The position numbers were made by a program, and so were the translations under genes. A stretch of DNA of 63,987 bases, the filler included, from an uncultured Myxococcia bacterium (GTDB lineage Bacteria; CAZTWC01), in NCBI GenBank assembly GCA_964617105.1. It is 8 parts of 8 records of this genome, joined end to end, with 100 filler letters (N's around TTAATTAATTAA, not from the genome) between each part and the next. Parts side by side here need not be neighbours in the genome. Positions count along the whole stretch, not along the records: positions 50,437 to 58,625 come from CAZTWC010000161.1; positions 58,726 to 63,987 come from CAZTWC010000264.1; 6 more parts are not named here. One strand, given 5' to 3'. The number at the start of each line of letters is the position of its first letter. Position 1 is the stretch's first letter. This document shows, one piece after another, positions 58,178 through 63,987 of the stretch. The notes beneath the pieces are model-generated. The model did not search any database. It saw nothing but the letters and a program-made list of their open reading frames with translations, and had not been told where the DNA came from.

Positions 58178-58625
58178 CTATCCCAATTGTTTACAAAACT
58201 CTTGCCAGTTTAGAAATTCTATGCCGCTATCCATATATGGACGTGGGGTTAAGCAGGCACATATGGCCCGAACGCACTGGTGGTCCTTCATAAAACTTCT
58301 CAGGCCCCTCAATCTATTTAAAGTAGGCTGGCTGGAAGATTTTATTTCCACTGCCCATATCTCATTTTCCACCTCTAAAATCAGATCAACTTCGGCGCCA
58401 TCATTAGTTCTGAAAAAACTCATTTTGATTTCTCGATTACCATAATCGATCTGTTTTTTTATTTCTAGAATAACAAAATGCTCAAAGGCATCTCCATAGG
58501 GATAGGTGCCGGGAACTAAAGGAGTTGACAGTTCTCCTCTCAAAGCGGTAACAACCCCGCGATCAAAAAAATAGAATTTGGGATGCGAGACATGTTTGGT
58601 CCGGTGCGACTTAGTATAAGGATAA
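58178..58625 (-). CDS. DUF4143 C-terminal domain of AAA_14 ATPase (5'-truncated)
   Basis: HPKFYFFDRGV..GDAFEHFV..FFRTNDGAEVDLI..AVEIKS. Confidence 0.85.
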
Positions 58626-58725
58626 NNNNNNNNNNNNNNNNNNNNNNNNNNNNNNNNNNNNNNNNNNNNTTAATTAATTAANNNNNNNNNNNNNNNNNNN
58701 NNNNNNNNNNNNNNNNNNNNNNNNN
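58626..58725. other. Artificial contig linker
   Basis: N44-TTAATTAATTAA-N44. Confidence 0.97.
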
Positions 58726-59002
58726 TATCCAGAACCGCCAATAAGTGGTTAGAAAAATAGAGTTGATTCTCACCGCCTGTAACCCTGGGAATAGCATTTA
58801 GAGCCTTATCCAATTTCTCTTTTACCACTTCCAACTGTAGTCCGGCTTTAGATATCACCGCTTTACCCACACCGCCATCCTGTTCAATCATGGTAAAAAA
58901 CAGATGCTCACATTGGATCTGCTGGTGGTTTTTACAGCGGGCCAGGCTTTGGGCGTCTGCCAGGGCCTCCTGGGTTTTGTGGGTCAATTTCTCAAAGTTC
59001 AT
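58726..59002 (-). CDS. clpB: ClpB N-terminal domain (3'-truncated)
   Basis: MNFEKLTHKTQEALADAQSLA...HQQI..EHL...IPRVTG. Confidence 0.85.
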
Positions 59003-59045
59003 AAAAACTTCTCCTTTTATTGCCTACTCCCTGGATCAAACTTTT

Positions 59046-59330
59046 TCAGGCTCTTCCGGGAGTAACGTTTCCCGATGTGCATGCCACATATTTCATCCGC
59101 AGGTCATAAAGAATAGAATTTAAAAATTTATCCTCTTTTTCGGTCAAATTGCCCTTGGTTTTCTCTTGCAGCATAGAGAGGAGTTCTATAGATTGGTTTG
59201 ATAATTCCAAATCCTTCTCTTTTTTTCCGGTTTCAGGATGTTCCACTTCTCCTAAATTAATCATAGCAGAAGTTGCCATAGACATTAAAAAAGTAATAAA
59301 ATCAATCTTTCCTTGTGCTTCATTGGTCAT
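59046..59330 (-). CDS. DUF1844 family protein
   Basis: IDFITFLMS..A.INLGE..P..IELL.ML.EKTKGNL..E...L...LYDLRMKYV. Confidence 0.85.
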   Translation of the reverse strand: MTNEAQGKIDFITFLMSMATSAMINLGEVEHPETGKKEKDLELSNQSIELLSMLQEKTKGNLTEKEDKFLNSILYDLRMKYVACTSGNVTPGRA

Positions 59331-59625
59331 ATCAATTCCTTTGGTGTGATTTGAAGGTTATAAATAAAACATAATAAGCGCCCTCTTTAAAGTCAACTAC
59401 AATCCCCTTTTTTTACATTTTGCAACCACTAGCATTATGAGCGGCTCTATATAATTAAGGGCCCGCTCAAAAACTTGACCATCTATTTCCAAAGTAAACG
59501 GTTAAGAGTTTAAGAACTTAAGAGCTTGACTATTACTATTTAATGATTAAAAATATTAATAAGGTATTTTTCAGATTTTTTTGGATAATTTGTTATAAAA
59601 ATCCAAAGGGGAGGCAGTTAGGAAA

Positions 59626-60516
59626 ATGGCTCAAACAAAATCTTTAACAGCAATAAATCTGGCCAATGATTTCGGTCTTGATGAAGTATCGCTGTTTCAG
59701 AAATATTTAAACGACGTAAGACGATTTCCCCTGTTAACGCCCGCGGAAGAGAGAGAGTTGGCATTCAGATGGAAGAAAAAAGAAGATAGACAGGCTGCCC
59801 ATACCCTGCTCACATCCAACCTCAGGTTCGTAATAAAAATCGCCTTTGAGTATGTGGGTTATGCTGCAAAAGTGACCGATCTTATTCAGGAGGGAAATGT
59901 TGGCCTAATGCAGGCACTTAAAAAATACGACCCAGATAAAGGGACTCGCTTCATCTCTTATGCGGTTTGGTGGATACGGGCCTATATTCAGAATTTCATA
60001 ATGAAAACCCACCGGTTAGTTAAAGTAGGCACCACCCAGGCCCAGCGAAAATTGTTCTATAAACTAAAACAATTAAAAAATACCTATCTAAAAGAGCACT
60101 ACCATGATGGTGATTCAAACAGCGAAACCAGGTTTATCGCCCAAAAACTTAACGTGGATGAACAGAGTGTCAGAGAGATGAGCCAAAGGTTGGCGAGCTC
60201 TGAATTTTCCCTTGATGAACCAATCTCATATAACCATAACAACACCCTAAAAGACACTATTCCTTCGACAAACAAAACTCCGGAGGAATCTTTTATTGAG
60301 GATGAATATAGACGCAATATAAGTAAAAATATTTCCCAGTTAGTTGATAGTTTGCCTGAAAGAGATCAGATTATTGTTAAAAAAAGATTGATGGCGGATG
60401 AACCTGCCTCTCTACAAGAACTGGGAGACTTTTTTGGCATCACCAAAGAGCGCGTACGACAATTAGAAAAAAAGATTAAATTGAAACTCAAAGATCATTT
60501 GGCCGATATTGTTTAA
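59626..60516 (+). CDS. rpoH: Sigma-32/RpoH-family RNA polymerase sigma factor
   Basis: SNLRFV, DLIQEGNVGL, ISYAVWWIRA, RpoH-box-like TTQAQRKLFYKL, ERVRQLE. Confidence 0.75.
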   Translation: MAQTKSLTAINLANDFGLDEVSLFQKYLNDVRRFPLLTPAEERELAFRWKKKEDRQAAHTLLTSNLRFVIKIAFEYVGYAAKVTDLIQEGNVGLMQALKKYDPDKGTRFISYAVWWIRAYIQNFIMKTHRLVKVGTTQAQRKLFYKLKQLKNTYLKEHYHDGDSNSETRFIAQKLNVDEQSVREMSQRLASSEFSLDEPISYNHNNTLKDTIPSTNKTPEESFIEDEYRRNISKNISQLVDSLPERDQIIVKKRLMADEPASLQELGDFFGITKERVRQLEKKIKLKLKDHLADIV

Positions 60517-61429
60517 ATTACTATTCAAGTTGTTCTCTGTTTTTGGGAAAAAATTCCCGCTTTCTCTGATAATATTTTTCCTCCCACTTTGCTTTAATTG
60601 TATTCAAGACAATAATTCCAACCAAAGTCAATTTTATATAAGCAAAAATAGCAGCAGGACCATTACCATAAGTCCTTATAACAGTTCACCGGAACACGGT
60701 GAACTGCCGGCAAACTTTTTTAAGGAAAACGACCAACTGTTAAATATTATTACACCTTATCGAGCCAAAATACAGTTAAATTACCTGAAAGAAATAGGGA
60801 CAACAACAAAACTGCTGGAAAAAGGAAGACCAGAAAGCGGTTTGGGTAACTTTGTAGCCGATTTGATCAGGGAAAGAGCCCAACAAGAAACCGGACAAGA
60901 GATAGATATCGGGCTAACCAACAATGGCGGATTGAGAGTTCCTCTTTTTAAAGGTAAAATTACCATAGGAAATATTTACGAACTAATGCCCTTTGATAAC
61001 GAAATTGTTACTCTGCAATTAACCGGTAAACAAATAAAAGAATTTGTAGGGCAGATAGTTTGCCTTGGAGGAGAGCCACTTTCCGGTATTAAAATTATCT
61101 ATAAAAAAATAACCGAAGCAGAAGAAAAAAAATACTCCAAAAACGGTGTTCAGATAGTACAGTGTAAATCCAGTTCTAGACAAACTAATTATCTAGTAAT
61201 CACGATAATGATCAACAATCGACCAGTGGAATTGGACAAGAAATATACTTTGGCTACTTCCGATTATCTCGCCACTGGTGGAAACCGATTTTCTTCATTG
61301 AAGAAAATAGACAACCAAACCACCAATTGCTCAATCCGTACGGCTATTATTGATAAAATTAAAGCGTTGACCAAAATGAATCTGGCGGTCACAGGTGATA
61401 TCGAAGGACGAGTATTTGAACTTAACTAG
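60509..61429 (+). CDS. 5'-nucleotidase C-terminal (substrate-binding) domain protein
   Basis: ESGLGNFVAD, NNGGLR, ELMPFDN, Y.LATSDYLATGG. Confidence 0.88.
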   Translation: MFKLLFKLFSVFGKKFPLSLIIFFLPLCFNCIQDNNSNQSQFYISKNSSRTITISPYNSSPEHGELPANFFKENDQLLNIITPYRAKIQLNYLKEIGTTTKLLEKGRPESGLGNFVADLIRERAQQETGQEIDIGLTNNGGLRVPLFKGKITIGNIYELMPFDNEIVTLQLTGKQIKEFVGQIVCLGGEPLSGIKIIYKKITEAEEKKYSKNGVQIVQCKSSSRQTNYLVITIMINNRPVELDKKYTLATSDYLATGGNRFSSLKKIDNQTTNCSIRTAIIDKIKALTKMNLAVTGDIEGRVFELN

Positions 61430-62345
61430 AAGAGATCTATTGGTTAAATCAGGAAAGACCTTTTTTTTCCTGGGTATGAGTGGAGTGAGCGGCATAGGCT
61501 GCCTGAGAATAAACCCGCCTAAAAACCTTACCGTAAGCGTTCTGCACACCAATGATACCCACTCCCGAATTCTCCCTTTTCCAAAAAATTCGGGAAAGTA
61601 CAGCGGTAAAGGAGGTATTCCCCGCCGTGCCGCCCTGGTCAGAGGATTGAAAAAAGAAAACCCTGATACCATTTTGGTTGATGCTGGAGATGTTTTTCAG
61701 GGCACCCCTTATTTTAATTTTTTCAAAGGAAAATTGGATTACCGCTTAATGTCGCATGTGGGTTACGATGTTGGCACCCTGGGTAATCACGATTTTGACG
61801 CCAAAGTGGATGGGCTGTTAGCTGCTCTTCCTTACACCCGTTTCCCCCTGATAAACAGCAATTTTCTTTACTTTGATTCTCCTTTAGAAAATTTTATAAA
61901 ACAGTATCATTTGATTACTACCGCCTCCGGGGCTAAATTAGGTATTTTTGGCCTGGGGGTAGCCTTTACCGGTCTGGTAAGTGATAAGTTTCACCCGGGA
62001 GTAAGATATGGAGATCCAATAAAGGTAGCCAAAAAGATGGTGAGCCGGTTACGCAATCAAAAAAAGGTGGACCTGCTAATTTGCCTGTCGCATTTGGGTT
62101 TTGGCGACAACGGTATCGAACCGGGCGACAAGTCCCTGGCTGAAGTTGTTCCAGGTATCGACATTATTGTAGGCGGACATAGTCACTTGTTTATGGAACA
62201 ACCGGCAAAAATCGTCCATAAACCAAGCGGCTGGACAACAATTATCAACCAGGTGGGTTGGGCTGGAATTAAACTGGGCCAGGTGGACTTCAAACTGCAG
62301 AAACGCAAAATCATTTCAGTCAAGGGAAAAAATCAAAGTGTATAG
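61416..62345 (+). CDS. 5'-nucleotidase N-terminal metallophosphoesterase subunit, Tat-like leader
   Basis: TRRDLL leader, HTNDTHS, DAGDVFQGTPYF, LGNHDFD, LSHLG, GGHSH. Confidence 0.9.
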   Translation: MNLTRRDLLVKSGKTFFFLGMSGVSGIGCLRINPPKNLTVSVLHTNDTHSRILPFPKNSGKYSGKGGIPRRAALVRGLKKENPDTILVDAGDVFQGTPYFNFFKGKLDYRLMSHVGYDVGTLGNHDFDAKVDGLLAALPYTRFPLINSNFLYFDSPLENFIKQYHLITTASGAKLGIFGLGVAFTGLVSDKFHPGVRYGDPIKVAKKMVSRLRNQKKVDLLICLSHLGFGDNGIEPGDKSLAEVVPGIDIIVGGHSHLFMEQPAKIVHKPSGWTTIINQVGWAGIKLGQVDFKLQKRKIISVKGKNQSV

Positions 62346-62363
62346 GTGGTTGTCCGGAAACTG

Positions 62364-63386
62364 TTAATAACCCAACATCATCAATACGACACCGGTCAAT
62401 AACCCCACCAGCAAATTTATCAACTTAATTATTACAAAACATTTTTTCGAACTGGCTAAAAGCGGTAACATACCGTGCCCATCCTGAACAATAGTATTGG
62501 CCAACAGCACACTAAAAGGTAAAGCCCCCTTAGAATATAAGGTGACAAAAAGCAAGTGGGGCCCAGATTCAGGAATCACACCCACCATGGCGGCAATAAA
62601 GAGAGTTATCCCTTTAGCGCCCTGAATGGCTTCTTGGATATTTAAATGCTCAGTGCCAAAATGAATCAACAGCAAAGCCCCAAAAGTGAGCAGAAAAATT
62701 TTTGGAACATGACTCAAGGCTAAATGCCGCCAAAGGTGTTCCTCCAAAAAATGATCCGATACGGTAAAAACTATCCACAGAGAAATTGCCGATAGAACCA
62801 GGGTGGTTATTTTTACCCAATTCCATTCTTCATAGCCTATTCGACCGGTTAGATTAAGCAAAATCAGTAGAGCCAGCGCTGTGGTCAGAAGTCCCCTGGC
62901 CGGGATACAGTGCCGCCACTGATGCAAAATTTGTCCTTTTGGTAAAATACTGTTTATAATTGAATGTTTTTCGGTTTCAAAACCCTGGCAACACATCTGT
63001 AACCCATTAAAATGCCGGATAAAAATCTGGTCGGTGATAAATCCCGCCCCAATTCCAATTATTACCAGGATAAAACTGATTAGCACCATTTCCCTGGGAA
63101 TAAGGGCCATCATAATGAAACCTTCATCGCCACTGGTGATTATCATGGTGGTAACCAAAGCGCCGATGGTAAATATCCGGTGAGAATAGAGCGCCACCGC
63201 CGCAAAGGAGCCTAGACAGCCTGGAATTAAGCCCAATAGCATGGCCAACAGATATTGACTCCACTTCAAACGAATCAATTTTTTTTGCCAACGCCCTTCT
63301 GATAAAAGGTTTAGATATTCGATTATCAACATGATCACGAAAATAAAACCGGTGATCTGCAAAGTATGGTTTAGACTCTCAAACAA
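62364..63386 (-). CDS. Putative manganese/heavy-metal transporter (DUF2899-like)
   Basis: LGLIPGCLG, TSGDE, HFLEEHLW.H, IPESGPH, QDGHGMLPL; many TM helices. Confidence 0.75.
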   Translation of the reverse strand: MFESLNHTLQITGFIFVIMLIIEYLNLLSEGRWQKKLIRLKWSQYLLAMLLGLIPGCLGSFAAVALYSHRIFTIGALVTTMIITSGDEGFIMMALIPREMVLISFILVIIGIGAGFITDQIFIRHFNGLQMCCQGFETEKHSIINSILPKGQILHQWRHCIPARGLLTTALALLILLNLTGRIGYEEWNWVKITTLVLSAISLWIVFTVSDHFLEEHLWRHLALSHVPKIFLLTFGALLLIHFGTEHLNIQEAIQGAKGITLFIAAMVGVIPESGPHLLFVTLYSKGALPFSVLLANTIVQDGHGMLPLLASSKKCFVIIKLINLLVGLLTGVVLMMLGY

Positions 63387-63636
63387 CTTAATCTCCAGTA
63401 ATTGGTGTTACCCAACATACAACTAAAAGGTTTCACAAATATAGATCAAATATTTTTCAGAAGCAATATTTTCGTGATTATATGACCATTTCCCTGTTGA
63501 TACTTTGAGAAATTAATTGTATATTAGGCGATTCAAAATTTGTAAGGATGTTTATTCCATTTTTTTCTATACATTAATATTATATTACTGATTATAAAAT
63601 TGTGTTTACGAAACTGAGTAGGTTTTAAAAAATATC

Positions 63637-63665
63637 TTGACATATATTTTATTTTCGTATATAAA
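63637..63665 (+). promoter_or_regulatory. Sigma-70 promoter of tRNA operon
   Basis: TTGACA-17nt-TATAAA. Confidence 0.6.
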
Positions 63666-63728
63666 GTTCCATCTTTAGTTTATTTTTTATGTATTGTCGA
63701 CCCCATTTACCCGAGGGTTCGGCTTTAC

Positions 63729-63804
63729 GCTGGCGTAGCTCAATCGGCAGAGCAGCTGATTTGTAATCAGCAGGTTGCGGGTTCAAGTCCCATCGCCAGC
63801 TCCA
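63729..63804 (+). tRNA. tRNA-Thr(TGT)
   Basis: GCTGGCG acceptor, GCTGA-TTTGTAA-TCAGC anticodon arm, CCA. Confidence 0.96.
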
Positions 63805-63841
63805 TAAAACCTCCAGCCTACGGGTATGGAGGTTGATTGAC

Positions 63842-63927
63842 GGAGGGGTTCCCGAGTGGTTAAAGGGAGCAGACTGTAAATCTGCCGGCGTTGGCCTTCG
63901 GAGGTTCGAATCCTCCCCCCTCCACCA
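63842..63927 (+). tRNA. tRNA-Tyr(GTA)
   Basis: GGAGGGG acceptor, GCAGA-CTGTAAA-TCTGC, long variable arm, CCA. Confidence 0.96.
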
Positions 63928-63934
63928 TTTTTTT

Positions 63935-63987
63935 GCGGGAGTAGCTCAGTTGGCTAGAGCATCAGCCTTCCAAGCTGAGGGTCGCGG
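63935..63987 (+). tRNA. tRNA-Gly(TCC), truncated by window end
   Basis: GCGGGAGTAGCTCAG..TCAGC-CTTCCAA-GCTGA; Thr-Tyr-Gly order as in the tuf-linked tRNA cluster. Confidence 0.92.

Noticed and set aside
59331-59625. CIRCE/HrcA operator between DUF1844-clpB and the RpoH-like gene
   Set aside because: No TTAGCACTC-N9-GAGTGCTAA match; only a weak TGAGCGG/CCGCTCA inverted repeat

Overview
This is not one locus. It is eight draft/MAG contigs of about 8.2-8.5 kb, apparently sorted by length and joined by N44-TTAATTAATTAA-N44 linkers (8461-8560, 16967-17066, 25368-25467, 33741-33840, 42048-42147, 50337-50436, 58626-58725), so adjacency across linkers means nothing. The organism looks like a diderm, delta-proteobacteria-like (Myxococcota/Desulfobacterota-type) anaerobe; this is inferred from gene content only. 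Contig 1: dsrA(3')-dsrB-dsrD-dsrN-dsrL(YRR type)-dsrC plus a convergent beta-propeller/DUF1566 surface protein. Contig 2: a four-gene operon (nonaheme lipoprotein, probable beta-barrel, membrane-anchored ferredoxin/flavin oxidoreductase, >=15-heme cytochrome c) and a LamG lipoprotein. Contig 3: Ig-repeat protein, a run of gene fragments, a nucleotidyltransferase TA-like pair and a PhnD-like/PP2C sensor pair. Contig 4: lipid A/heptose genes. Contig 5: pilMNOPQ-aroC. Contig 6: POT transporter, palindromic repeat cluster, circularly permuted esterase lipoprotein, lgt and tRNAs. Contig 7: Cys-rich Pal-CpoB and an XdhD/YgfM-like molybdoenzyme. Contig 8: clpB, RpoH-like sigma, split 5'-nucleotidase and the Thr-Tyr-Gly tRNA operon. 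Best candidates for undescribed biology: the cytochrome/barrel/flavoprotein operon, two circularly permuted enzymes, and a ~110-bp palindromic element carrying inserts at a fixed internal site. All calls are by-eye motif recognition; no searches were run.
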